Positions 42,563 through 52,818 of a stretch of 64,000 nucleotides of DNA are shown here, piece by piece. This DNA is from an uncultured delta proteobacterium (GTDB lineage: Bacteria; Desulfobacterota; Desulfuromonadia; Desulfuromonadales; JACZKF01): contig CAWFKQ010000016.1 in assembly GCA_963816395.1 (NCBI GenBank), positions 480,001-544,000 of the forward strand, given 5' to 3'. The number at the start of each line of letters is the position of its first letter. Positions within the stretch are counted from its first letter, which is position 1. Below the pieces are notes generated by a model. The model did not search any database. It saw only the letters and a list, made by a program, of their open reading frames with translations, and was not told the origin of the DNA. The position numbers were made by a program, and so were the translations under genes.

Positions 42563-43813
42563 ATGGCCCAGAAAAAGGGGATCGTCATCATCTGCAACCT
42601 GGATACCCGGGGCGAAGACATCATCTTTGTCAAGAAACTGATTGAGGACCGAGGCCACGAGGCCATTCTGCTCGACTTCAGCATGGAGGAGCCGCCACCG
42701 TTCCCCGGCGACATCCGTACCGAGGAGGTGGCGCTGCGCGGTGGGCTGCCGATCGAGGTGGTGCGCGAGAAGTACCGCTCCGACCGGGATACCGCCACCA
42801 GCAACCAGATCCGGGGGGGCGCGGCGATCGTCGACGATCTGAGCCGTCAGGGGCGCGTGCACGGCATCATCGGCATCGGCGGCGGTACCTCCACCCTGGT
42901 CTCCACCTCGATCATGAAACAACTGCCTTTCGGCATGCCCAAGGTGATGGCCTCGCCGATGGCGGCGCACCCGGCCTACATCGACAGATACGTCGGTACC
43001 CACGACATCACCATGCACCATACGGTGCTCGACATTGTCAAAATGAACCCGCTGCTTAAGGCACAGATCACCAACGCGGTCGGCGCCATCTGCGGCATGG
43101 TCGAGATGACCCAGGGGACGAATATCACCTTCGACAAGCCTTGCGTCGCCATCTCCTCCTTCGGGTTCGGTGAGATGGCGGTGCAGACCGCCCTCGGCAT
43201 GCTCGAGGAGGCCGGCTTCACCCCCATCGTCTGCCACGCCCAGGGCAAGGGGGACAAGGCCATGGAGGAGATGATCCGCTCCGGCGCCTTCCACGGGGTG
43301 GTCGACATCTGCACCGGCGGCATCATGGAGAACCTCTTCAAGGGGAACCGCGACCCCGGGCCGGAGCGGCTGATGGCCGCCGTGGAGACCGGCATTCCCA
43401 TGGTGCTGGCCCCCTGCGGCCTCGATATCCTCTCCTACGGCGGGCGCCCCGACATGCTGGAGAAGACCAGGGACCGCCCGCAATACGTCCAGGACGCCCT
43501 GCGCGTCCAGGTGCGCACCACCGCCGAGGAACTGCGCCAGGCCGCCGATGTCTTCGCCGAGCGCCTCAACCGGGCCAAGGGGGAGTGGACCTTCCTGATT
43601 CCGCTCAAGGGCTGGTCGTCCCTGGACAAGGAGGGGCGGCTGATCTATGACCCGGCCGCCGATGCCGCCTTCGTTGCCCGGCTCAAGGAAAAGATTGCCG
43701 AACCCGGGCGGATCAAAGAGGTCGATCTGCACCTGTACACCCCGGAATTCGCCCGCGTCGCCGTCGACGAATTCGTACGGCTCTACGCGGGGACGAAGGC
43801 GGCGGTAGCGTGA
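42563..43813 (+). CDS. Tm-1-like ATP-binding domain protein (UPF0261)
   Basis: LDTRGED, GIGGGT, LPFGMPKVM, IPLKGWSSLD. Confidence 0.8.
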   Translation: MAQKKGIVIICNLDTRGEDIIFVKKLIEDRGHEAILLDFSMEEPPPFPGDIRTEEVALRGGLPIEVVREKYRSDRDTATSNQIRGGAAIVDDLSRQGRVHGIIGIGGGTSTLVSTSIMKQLPFGMPKVMASPMAAHPAYIDRYVGTHDITMHHTVLDIVKMNPLLKAQITNAVGAICGMVEMTQGTNITFDKPCVAISSFGFGEMAVQTALGMLEEAGFTPIVCHAQGKGDKAMEEMIRSGAFHGVVDICTGGIMENLFKGNRDPGPERLMAAVETGIPMVLAPCGLDILSYGGRPDMLEKTRDRPQYVQDALRVQVRTTAEELRQAADVFAERLNRAKGEWTFLIPLKGWSSLDKEGRLIYDPAADAAFVARLKEKIAEPGRIKEVDLHLYTPEFARVAVDEFVRLYAGTKAAVA

Positions 43814-44409
43814 TGCTCCGTCCCTGGCCACTGATCGCCTCGGAGCCGGTGTTCGACGCGGGCCTCTTCCAGGTGACGCGGGACCGGGTCCGCTCGCCGC
43901 GCACCGGCGGTGAGCGGGATTTCCACCTGCTGCATATGGCCGACTGGCTGCTGGTGGTGCCGCTCACCACCGACGGCAAGCTGGTTCTGGTCCGGCAGTA
44001 CCGGCACGGCTCGCGGGCGATCGGCCTGGAAGTGCCGGGGGGGCTGCATGACGGGGCCGGTGAGGGCCCGGAAAAAGGAGCGATACGGGAAGTGGCGGAG
44101 GAGACAGGTTACGGAAACGGCGGCGAGCCGCTGGTCTTCCTCGGCGAACTGCGCCCGCAGCCGGCGCTGCTCGCCAACCGGGCCTGGATTTACCTCGCCG
44201 AAGGCCTGCGGCCGGTGGCCGGGCAGAACCTCGATGCGGGGGAGGATATCGAAGTGGTGCTGGTTGACCCCCGGGAGATTCCCGAACGCATCGCCAACGG
44301 AGAAATCAACAACGCGATGACCGTCGCCGCTCTGTCACTGGCGCAACTTGGCGGATATCTGAAACCCGGTGCATGCCGGCGGTCCTCGAGAAAGGAGAAC
44401 GAGTCATGA
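43810..44409 (+). CDS. Nudix hydrolase
   Basis: Nudix box PGG...AIREVAEETGY. Confidence 0.92.
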   Translation: MMLRPWPLIASEPVFDAGLFQVTRDRVRSPRTGGERDFHLLHMADWLLVVPLTTDGKLVLVRQYRHGSRAIGLEVPGGLHDGAGEGPEKGAIREVAEETGYGNGGEPLVFLGELRPQPALLANRAWIYLAEGLRPVAGQNLDAGEDIEVVLVDPREIPERIANGEINNAMTVAALSLAQLGGYLKPGACRRSSRKENES

Positions 44410-45086
44410 TCGTGCGTAATTGGATGCAAACCAGCCCAATGACGATTCCGAGCGATACCCTGGTTTCGGAAGCCAAGCGGCTGCTCAGCGACTACAATCT
44501 GCATGCCCTGTCCGTGGTCGACAACGGCCGGCTGCGCGGCCTGGTGACGCGCGCCAACATGCTGCGCCTCGGGCACTTCGTCCTGCGCACCCAGAACCCC
44601 GACGAATTCAGGTTCTTTTTCGAGCGGCTCCGGGTGCGTGACGTCATGGTGCGCAATCCCGCTACCCTGCAGGGGGACGATACCGTGGAATACTGCCTGC
44701 AAAAGGGGCGGGAGCTGGGGGTGGCCCAGTTCCCGGTTATGGAAGGGGAACAGGTGATCGGCATCATTTCGGCTACGGAGATCTTCCGTCTCGCCGCGCA
44801 CCTGCTGGGGGCCTGGGAGCGCCGCAGCGGCGTGACGCTGGCACCGGTCAAACTCGGTCCCGGGGTGCTGGGCAGGATCGCCGATGTGGTGGAAAGCGCG
44901 GGGGCCGTGCTGCAGGCAATCTACCCCCTCCGGCACCACGATAAAGAAGCGCATGAGGGCTATCCGGAGAAAAAGGTCATCCTTCGCTTTCGCGCCGACG
45001 ATGTGGGGGCGGTCGTTGCCGCCCTGGAGGCGGCGGGTTTTCCGGTGATCGAGATCGGGGCACAGAAAACGTCCCAGGCTGCCTGA
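44406..45086 (+). CDS. ppsC: Phenylphosphate synthase gamma subunit (CBS pair)
   Basis: MIVRNWM start, two CBS domains, pps context. Confidence 0.85.
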   Translation: MIVRNWMQTSPMTIPSDTLVSEAKRLLSDYNLHALSVVDNGRLRGLVTRANMLRLGHFVLRTQNPDEFRFFFERLRVRDVMVRNPATLQGDDTVEYCLQKGRELGVAQFPVMEGEQVIGIISATEIFRLAAHLLGAWERRSGVTLAPVKLGPGVLGRIADVVESAGAVLQAIYPLRHHDKEAHEGYPEKKVILRFRADDVGAVVAALEAAGFPVIEIGAQKTSQAA

Positions 45087-45154
45087 AGAGGGAAAATGCG
45101 CCGGCCAGGCGCAACGAACAGCAATCAAGCGACATGAACGGGAGAGGCAAGATT

Positions 45155-45760
45155 ATGGGACTGCCATTGGTAGTGGCGATCACCGGCGCGACGGGCGTGA
45201 TATACGGCGTGGAGATGCTGCGCGTGCTCAAGGAGTTGGGGCAGGAAACCCATCTCATTGTCAGCGATGCCGCGGCCCTGAATCTGTCGATCGAGACCGA
45301 ATACTCTCTTGATGAGGTCAAGGGGCTGGCGAACGTGGTTTACAGCAACAAGGATATCGGCGCCGCCGTCGCCAGCGGCTCCTTTCGCACCTGCGGTATG
45401 ATCGTCGCGCCCTGCACGGTGAAAACACTCTCGGCCATCGCCAATTCGTTCACCTACAATCTGGTGGTGCGCGCCGCCGACGTGATGCTCAAGGAACGCC
45501 GGAAACTGGTGCTGATGTTCCGCGAAACGCCGCTGCACAAGGGGCACCTCGAGCTCATGACGCGGGCGGCGGATTATGGCGCGGTGATCCTGCCGCCGAT
45601 GCCGGCCTTCTATCATAAGCCCGAGTCCCTTATGGACGTCATTCACCAGAGCATCGGCAAGGCGCTTGATCAGGTCGGCATCGAGCACCAGCTGTTCAAA
45701 CGCTGGACCGGGCATGACCAGCAGGAGCAGGTGAAAAAAGCTTTGCGCCTTGCACCCTGA
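45155..45760 (+). CDS. ubiX: Flavin prenyltransferase
   Basis: ITGATG, ASGS, RETPL, PPMPAFY. Confidence 0.95.
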   Translation: MGLPLVVAITGATGVIYGVEMLRVLKELGQETHLIVSDAAALNLSIETEYSLDEVKGLANVVYSNKDIGAAVASGSFRTCGMIVAPCTVKTLSAIANSFTYNLVVRAADVMLKERRKLVLMFRETPLHKGHLELMTRAADYGAVILPPMPAFYHKPESLMDVIHQSIGKALDQVGIEHQLFKRWTGHDQQEQVKKALRLAP

Positions 45761-45849
45761 TTCGATTAATCTCATTGCGGTTGTGTAATGGGCCGATTTC
45801 CGGCCGCCACCCGGCGGGTCCCCGCCCGATTCCCAACAGGAGGATCAAA

Positions 45850-46806
45850 ATGGAAGGAAGGTTCTGGCAACGGGTTTTTTTCATCCTCTGTCTCACCGCC
45901 GTGTTTTCTACGGCGACAGTGGTCCAGAGTTGGGCGGGCGGGGGGCAGCACTACCCCAACGGCGTCGAGGACTTTGTCGTCGGGGCCCTGCCGCCGCCCG
46001 GCGCTTATCTGGTGAACTACCTGCTCTTCATCCAGAAAAACGAATTGAAAGACGATTCCGGCGACAAGGTCCCCGTGGCCTTCTCGGCGGATGTGGTCGC
46101 CGAGGTGCCCCGCTTCATTTACGTCAGCCCCTATACCCTGTTCGGGGCCAGCTGGGGGGCGCACATCTTCCTGCCGATGTACAGCGCCGATGTGGAAGTC
46201 GGTACTTCCGATGCCAATCCCCACAATATCGTCGACTCCGACGAGATGGGGATTGGCGACATCATCTTCAGCCCACTGATCCTGGGCTGGCACTTCAGCC
46301 CCAATTTCCATATGGTTTTCGCCCTGGACATCTGGGCGCCCACCGGCAACTACGACAAGGACCGCCCCGCCACCCAGATTTTGTCGAAAAACCTCTGGAC
46401 CGTCGAGCCGGTCGTGGCCGTCACCTACCTGTGGAAGGGGTTCGATTTCTCCGGCAAGTTCATGTACGACTTCAACTCCACCAATAACGACTTCGTCGTC
46501 GCCGGCAAGACGGTGGATCTCGATCCCGGTCAGGAGTTCCATTTCGACTGGGCGCTCGGCTACGCGGCCAAAAACGGTCTGCGCGGCGGCCTGGTCGGCT
46601 ACAACTACTGGCAGACCACCGATGACGAAGTCGACGGCGACAAGGTCAAGGACAACCTCAGCCGCGTCGGGGGGATCGGGGTCGGGATCAAATACTGGCC
46701 GAAACAAGGGCCATTCAGCATGACCCTCAAGCAGTACTGGGAGTACGCCGCCCGCAACATCGCCACCGGCCCCCAGACTCAGTTCAAGATTTCCTACGCC
46801 TTCTAA
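45850..46806 (+). CDS. Outer-membrane beta-barrel channel (SphA/COG4313-like), copy 2
   Basis: Mature region identical in protein to copy 1; different signal peptide; AGGAGG RBS. Confidence 0.85.
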   Translation: MEGRFWQRVFFILCLTAVFSTATVVQSWAGGGQHYPNGVEDFVVGALPPPGAYLVNYLLFIQKNELKDDSGDKVPVAFSADVVAEVPRFIYVSPYTLFGASWGAHIFLPMYSADVEVGTSDANPHNIVDSDEMGIGDIIFSPLILGWHFSPNFHMVFALDIWAPTGNYDKDRPATQILSKNLWTVEPVVAVTYLWKGFDFSGKFMYDFNSTNNDFVVAGKTVDLDPGQEFHFDWALGYAAKNGLRGGLVGYNYWQTTDDEVDGDKVKDNLSRVGGIGVGIKYWPKQGPFSMTLKQYWEYAARNIATGPQTQFKISYAF

Positions 46807-46935
46807 ACAGGTACCGCAGGGGGCGGTTAGTCCCCGGCGGCTGGAGACGAAACACTGGTGGACTGCTCGCGGGCAGTCCATCAGTGTTTTCAGGCAGAGG
46901 AGGGGAAACAGTTTCGAGCCGTCTGGTGCTATTTT

Positions 46936-47955
46936 TTACCGCGGTACGAGGATGGCGGGCAACTTGGCCAGGGATGCGATCAGCCGTTCCGGCCCCTCGA
47001 CGGAGAGGGCGGCGCTGTCGCCCGCCCCGGTGAGCACGCCCACCGCTTGCACGCCAGCGGCGCGGCTGGTCTGGATGTCGATTGGGGTATCGCCGACGTA
47101 TACCGCTGCCGGAGGCGTGACCCTGAGCTGCCTCAGACATTTGAAGATACCCTCCGGATCGGGCTTTCTCCTGGCTACATCGGTGCCGAGAACAATAGCG
47201 TCGAATCGCTCCAGGATCCCTTCTGCCCGGAGCAGCTCCAGAACCTCCGGCCTGGCCCCGCTGACAATACCCAATCTGATCCCCAGGCTCGCCAACCCGC
47301 TTAAGATTTCCCCAACCCCCGCAAAGACCCTGCCGTGCTCCTGCAGCATCCGCGGCCATTCACGGGCGGCTCGCAGCGACAGTTCCTTCGCCAGGGCATC
47401 GCGGTCGCCGCCATCCTGCGGCATCACGCTCTGCCAGAAGTTGCGCCCGGTTGCGAGTGCGCGGCGTACCTGAGCCTCGGTCACTTCCAGCCCGAACTGC
47501 CCGGCAACGTAGCGGGCCACCTCCACATAGGCCCCGACCGAATCGACCAAGGTACCATCGATATCGAACAGCACGGCCTTGGCGCCGAGGGGCCGGCACA
47601 GATGCAACCGGAGCCGCGCATTTCTGCCAAGCGAGAGATGTCGACGAAGCGGCAGCGCCGCGACCACTTGGATCTTGTTCTCGGGATAATCCGCGATCTC
47701 CGGCAGGAGCACGGCGCCGGGAATCTGGCCCGCAATCCTTACGGGATGGCAGCGCACATGACAGAAGCCTTCTTCCCCGGGCTCCATGATGTGGCCCGGC
47801 AAGGTGCGCCAGCTCTGCCAGCGCCTTTGGTTCGCAACGTCGCCGACCGCCAGATGGATCGGATCCGGGTGCGGATCTATTCCAGTCAGATCGATCAGCT
47901 GCCGGCGCACCCACTCGGTCTGCGTCACATCGGCAGCCGGTTCGGGGTCACTCAC
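46936..47955 (-). CDS. Fusion of a degenerate CTP-dependent riboflavin-kinase-like (DUF120) domain and a HAD phosphatase; start uncertain
   Basis: HAD motifs FDIDGTL, KPDP, GDTPID; N-terminal WVRRQL...GIDPHP...YPENKIQVVAALPLRRHLSL resembles RibK. Confidence 0.7.
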   Translation of the reverse strand: MSDPEPAADVTQTEWVRRQLIDLTGIDPHPDPIHLAVGDVANQRRWQSWRTLPGHIMEPGEEGFCHVRCHPVRIAGQIPGAVLLPEIADYPENKIQVVAALPLRRHLSLGRNARLRLHLCRPLGAKAVLFDIDGTLVDSVGAYVEVARYVAGQFGLEVTEAQVRRALATGRNFWQSVMPQDGGDRDALAKELSLRAAREWPRMLQEHGRVFAGVGEILSGLASLGIRLGIVSGARPEVLELLRAEGILERFDAIVLGTDVARRKPDPEGIFKCLRQLRVTPPAAVYVGDTPIDIQTSRAAGVQAVGVLTGAGDSAALSVEGPERLIASLAKLPAILVPR

Positions 47956-48080
47956 CAGATCCCCTTCGATAGCTTCCCTTGAGGCGCATCTCAGATTCTC
48001 GGAAAGATTTATTCGGGCGCATGAATTTCTGAAGAGGGTTGGGGGTAGGCGCCGGCCTGCCGCGGAAAAGCGGACGGAAA

Positions 48081-48560
48081 TCAGCGCTGGTCTTCTGCCT
48101 GGGGCAGATCGATTTCGTCGCGATTTCCCAAGCCGGCGGCGTTGTCGACGAAATAAAGGCGGCTAGGGACGACCTTATACCAGCGCACCTTGGCCAGGGC
48201 CTTGACTATGGCCGCGGGCGCCTGCGCCAGCTTGCCCACCACCGGAAATTTCTCTCCGTACAGCCGGCGCGCCTTCTTCTCTTCCATCCCCGAGATCTCG
48301 CAAGCGACCCCTTCGATCTGAACGCCCTTGATCTCCAGCCAGTCGGCGTAGTCCTCCTGTATGGTGACGGCAATCCGCGGGTTTTGCGCCAGGTTCAGGC
48401 AATGTCGCGCTGTGGGCGATGAGAGAAAAAAGAGGGTAAAGCCATCGTTGACGTAGAAGACTGCCGCCGCCCAGGGGGTCTCTGTGCTGCAGGTGGCCAG
48501 GGTAGCCACCTGATGGTCCCGAAGATAGTGCAAAACCGTGGTGCGCCGCTCAACGGTCAC
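48081..48560 (-). CDS. PNPOx-like flavin-binding split-barrel protein
   Basis: VATLAT, PWAAAVFY, IKGVQIEG. Confidence 0.85.
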   Translation of the reverse strand: MTVERRTTVLHYLRDHQVATLATCSTETPWAAAVFYVNDGFTLFFLSSPTARHCLNLAQNPRIAVTIQEDYADWLEIKGVQIEGVACEISGMEEKKARRLYGEKFPVVGKLAQAPAAIVKALAKVRWYKVVPSRLYFVDNAAGLGNRDEIDLPQAEDQR

Positions 48561-50317
48561 CGGGTTAACCCTGGAGAGGAATGGTGGGAGTGCTCCATGG
48601 CATCATCGGGCCTCTCCGGTTGGTTTTCATGCAGGCGGCCCAGGCGATAGGCCAGCTGCGGCCGGGTCAGGCCGAGCATTCTGGCCGCAGCGGACAGATT
48701 GCCCTCGGCTTTGTCTACGGCGGTTTCGATCAGCATGGCCTCAACCTGGCCCAGGGTCAGGACCCCATTGAAGACGGCCGCGCAAAGCTCCTTCCCCGCT
48801 TCCCCGGGGTTGGTGTCGATGGCGCCATGGCTATCGATGCCGAATTCCAGGGGCTGATCCTCATTATAGGCTGAAAACATGTGCTCCACTTCGATCCGGG
48901 TGCCGCTCGGGGCAAGGAGAACACCGCGGTCGATCATGTTCTGCAGTTCGCGGACGTTTCCCGGCCAGGAATAGGCGAGCAGCGCCCGCTTGGCCTTATC
49001 CGTGAAGCCGCGCAGCTTCTTGCCATGGATCGCAGAATACTTCATCAGGAAGCTTTTGGCGAGCAGGGATATGTCTTCCTTGCGCTCCCTGAGAGGCGGG
49101 ATTTTGATCTGGTAGGCATTGAGGCGGTAATAGAGGTCCGCGCGGAACTTGCCCGTTTTGACCAGAACTCTCAGGTCGACGTTGGTGGCCGCGACCAGTC
49201 GCACGTCGACCTTGCGGATTTTCTCGTCGCCGAGACGCTCGATCTCCCCCTCCTGCAGTACCCGTAACAGCTTCGCCTGGGCCGAGAGAGGAAGATCGCC
49301 GATCTCATCAAGAAACAGCGTGCCGCCATTGGCCCGCTCAAAGCGTCCGGGGCGGGAGGCGAGGGCGCCGGTGAAAGCGCCTTTTTCAATGCCGAACAGC
49401 TCGGATTCGACCAGGTCGTGAGGAATGGCGGCGCAGTTGATGGCGATGAATGATTTGCCTCGGCGGGCACCAAGCGAGTGCAATGCACGGGCGAACACCT
49501 CCTTGCCGACCCCCGTCTCCCCCAGCAGCAGTACGGTGATCTGACTGCCTACGGCCTTAATAAGCAGTTCATAGGCGGCCCGAAAGGCCGGGGCATTGCC
49601 TACGATGTCCTCCAGCAGCTTTTCGTTCTCGTTTATCGCCGAACGCAACTGGACAACCTGGGTCTGCAGCTCGATGAGTTGATCGGCGATCGATTCCCGA
49701 TTAAAAAAGCGGGCGTATTCGGCCCCGTCTTCCCATTCCTCGCTGGGTTTGCCGATGATGCGGCAGTTTGCATCCCCCACGCCGGCGCAGTTTACTTCCT
49801 TGTAGAGAATCGGCCGGCCCATGAAGGCGGAAGTATAGCCGCAGGCATACCCGATCTGGCTCCAGCACACCGGTTCTGAATGGACGCCGTAGTGGCGCCT
49901 GTGCGATTGGGCTTCCCAGGAGTCCTCCCAGAGGAATTCGCCGTAGAAGGTGCCGGCACCCCGGTCGAATTCGACTCTGATCGGGCTGACCTTGACTTTT
50001 CCTTCCAGCGTATGCAGCCGCGGGCCGGTCATGAACACTTCCATGTCGGACGCATTGGGGTCACGGGTGAGGGTAAGTTCCGCATCCCGTGCGCCGGCCG
50101 CATAGCCCATGCGCGTGATGATCCCTCGTGCGCGGTCCATACCGAGAGTCTCAATTAATTCTATGCGCAACAAGGCTTGAGCCTCGGCATGGACCAGGAG
50201 CATGCGATGCTCGTGCAACCAGATCTGACCGGTATCGGCACAGAAATGCACCCGCGCGCGAAGATCATCACTGACCGCCTCGCAGGGAACTCTTTCCATG
50301 ACGCGGCTTTTGGTCAT
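48557..50317 (-). CDS. DmpR/XylR-family phenol-responsive sigma54 activator
   Basis: XylR_N and V4R (GQIWLHEHRMLL, GYACGYTS), GETGVGKE, GAFTGA, LTRPQLAYRL. Confidence 0.93.
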   Translation of the reverse strand: MTKSRVMERVPCEAVSDDLRARVHFCADTGQIWLHEHRMLLVHAEAQALLRIELIETLGMDRARGIITRMGYAAGARDAELTLTRDPNASDMEVFMTGPRLHTLEGKVKVSPIRVEFDRGAGTFYGEFLWEDSWEAQSHRRHYGVHSEPVCWSQIGYACGYTSAFMGRPILYKEVNCAGVGDANCRIIGKPSEEWEDGAEYARFFNRESIADQLIELQTQVVQLRSAINENEKLLEDIVGNAPAFRAAYELLIKAVGSQITVLLLGETGVGKEVFARALHSLGARRGKSFIAINCAAIPHDLVESELFGIEKGAFTGALASRPGRFERANGGTLFLDEIGDLPLSAQAKLLRVLQEGEIERLGDEKIRKVDVRLVAATNVDLRVLVKTGKFRADLYYRLNAYQIKIPPLRERKEDISLLAKSFLMKYSAIHGKKLRGFTDKAKRALLAYSWPGNVRELQNMIDRGVLLAPSGTRIEVEHMFSAYNEDQPLEFGIDSHGAIDTNPGEAGKELCAAVFNGVLTLGQVEAMLIETAVDKAEGNLSAAARMLGLTRPQLAYRLGRLHENQPERPDDAMEHSHHSSPGLTR

Positions 50318-50839
50318 AATCGCCCTCTCTTTCTTGCCAGGGATTAATGGGTTCGCCGAAACAAACGAGGTTATAGGATGCGAATTATATCAGGTTTATG
50401 GTCTCTCCACTTATTGCCCGCCAAATTCGACTCTAATGAGGGCTCCATGCAAGAAAAAAATGAGTTTTTAAAAAGTTGCCAGGATACCGATGGCCAAAGT
50501 AAAACAATGTTAGGCTAGCACCTTGGGCAATTTTTATGCAAGCAAGAAGGATTTAATTTTCCTGCCGGTTTGAAAATTGCCGCCGGCTAATTCGCGTGGA
50601 GCGCGCCCGGACGCGCAGTCCGGCCGGGCAGGAGACGGGTCTTGCGGGAAAAAGCACGAAGGGGAGGCTTGGTAAAAATCTTCCCATGTCGGGCTTTCCT
50701 ATTACTCAAAATAGTGTTATTTTAAAAAGAAGATAAATATTCACATGTTAACTTAAAATGTTAATTTTATTCAGGTATTTCAAGTACTTTTGAGATAACA
50801 TGGTTTGCAATTTCCCCCCCGTGCAGTGAGGATGGAGTC

Positions 50840-52757
50840 ATGGAAAAATCTACTATCCCATCAACCAAGGTCACCCCCATGCCAGACCCGGACAGGGCGG
50901 CACCGGAGAGGAAAACGGAAGCGCAATTCGCCATGGTCGATTTCGCGCCGGCGCAGGTCCGGGTGCGGCCCACCGCCGAGGGGGGCTGGCTGCTGAGCTC
51001 TCCCGTCCCCCTCGAACCCTATGAGCGGAATCTCGGCCTGATGCTGCGTCGCTGGGCACGGGAGGACCCGGAAAGGATTTTTCTCGGCGAAAGGCGCGCC
51101 GACGGAAGCTGGCGGTTGGTGACTTACCGGGAGGCCTGCCGCCTGGCCGAGGCGATTGCCCAGGCGCTCCTCGACCGGGGGCTGGGACCACAGCGGCCGA
51201 TCATGATCCTCTCGGGCAACTCCATCCACCATGCCCTGCTCATGCTTGGCGGTTTTTTCGCCGGGGTGCCGGTGGCTCCGGTATCGGTGGCCTATTCTTT
51301 GCTCAGCCAGGATCTGGCCAAGGTCAGGTACATCTTCGAGGAGGTGCGCCCGGCCTTGATCTATCGCCGAACAAGGTGGGATGTTCGCGCGGGCACTCGG
51401 GGCGCTGGATCTTTCAGCGGTGGAGGTGGTAACGGAGGACGGATTGGTCGGGGGAGTGGCCGTCACGCCTTTCTCCAGCCTGCTGTCTACCCCCCCCACC
51501 CAGGAGGTGGAGCGGGTCTTTGCCGCTGTCGGCGCCGACTCCGTCGCCAAACTGCTCTTTTCCTCAGGCTCGACCGGATTGCCAAAGGGGGTGATCAACA
51601 CGCACGGCATGCTTTGCGCCAACCAGCAGATGCTAGCCCAGGTGTGGCCTTTCACGGAGAAAACTCCGCCTGTTCTGGTCGACTGGCTCCCCTGGAATCA
51701 CACCTTTGGCGGAAACCACAACTTCAATCTGATCCTCAAACGAGGGGGCACCCTGTATATCGACGGCGGCAAACCAGTCGCCGGGCTGGTGGAGCAGACG
51801 GTGAAAAACCTGGCAGAGGTCTCGCCCACAATCTACTTCAACGTGCCGGCCGGTTATGCCATGCTCCTCCCCTACCTGGAGAAAGACGAGGCGCTGTGCC
51901 GCAGCTTCTTCAAACGGCTGCAGCTCATTTTCTACGCCGGGGCGGCCCTCTCTCAGGACCTCTGGCAGCGTCTGGAAAACCTGGCCATTCGGACCACGGG
52001 CCGGAAGGTCATCATGACCTCCTCCTGGGGCTCGACGGAGACCTCGCCACTGGCCACCGCCGCCCACTTCCCCCTGGAAAAGGCCGGGGTCATCGGGATT
52101 CCATGCCCGGGGATCACCCTCAAGATGGTGCCCAACAACGGCAAACTTGAGCTGCGGGTCAAGGGGCCCAATGTCACACCCGGTTATCTCAACCGTCCGG
52201 ACTTGACGGAAGCTGCCTTCGATGAGGATGGATTCTACAAAATCGGCGACGCCGCAACTTTCGTCGATCCCGCCAATCCAAGTGCAGGAATCGCCTTCGA
52301 TGGCCGGGTCGCCGAAGATTTCAAATTGAGTTCCGGAACCTGGGTGCATGTGGGCGGGCTGCGGCTGGGGGTGTTGACCGCTGCCGCCCCCCTGCTGCAG
52401 GATGCTCTCGTCACCGGCCAGGATCGAGAGTTCGCCGGTATCCTCGCCTGGCCCAATCTTCAGGCCTGCCGCGAGATCTGCCGGGACGTGGGGAACCAGC
52501 AAACGGTGGAAATTCTATTGCACCGGCAGGAGGTGGTGGAATACCTGCGAAAAACTCTAAGGGATTTCAACGCCCGACAGGAAGGCGCCTCGACCAGAAT
52601 CCAGCGGGTCATGCTGATGACGGAACCCCCCTCGATCGACGCCAATGAGATCACCGACAAGGGGTACATCAACCAGCGAGCGGCCCTCGAAAAACGCCGG
52701 TCCCTGGTTGAGCGACTCTATGCGAACCCGCCGGGGCCGGCGGTGATCGTTCTGTAG
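50840..52757 (+). CDS. Acyl-CoA synthetase (feruloyl-CoA synthetase-like), frameshift near 51370
   Basis: [39 protein letters not shown]. Confidence 0.87.
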
Positions 52758-52818
52758 GGGCTGCCGCAATTTCTGACAAGCAGCCTCTGCCATTTTTCAG
52801 CGGACAAGGATATCCATT

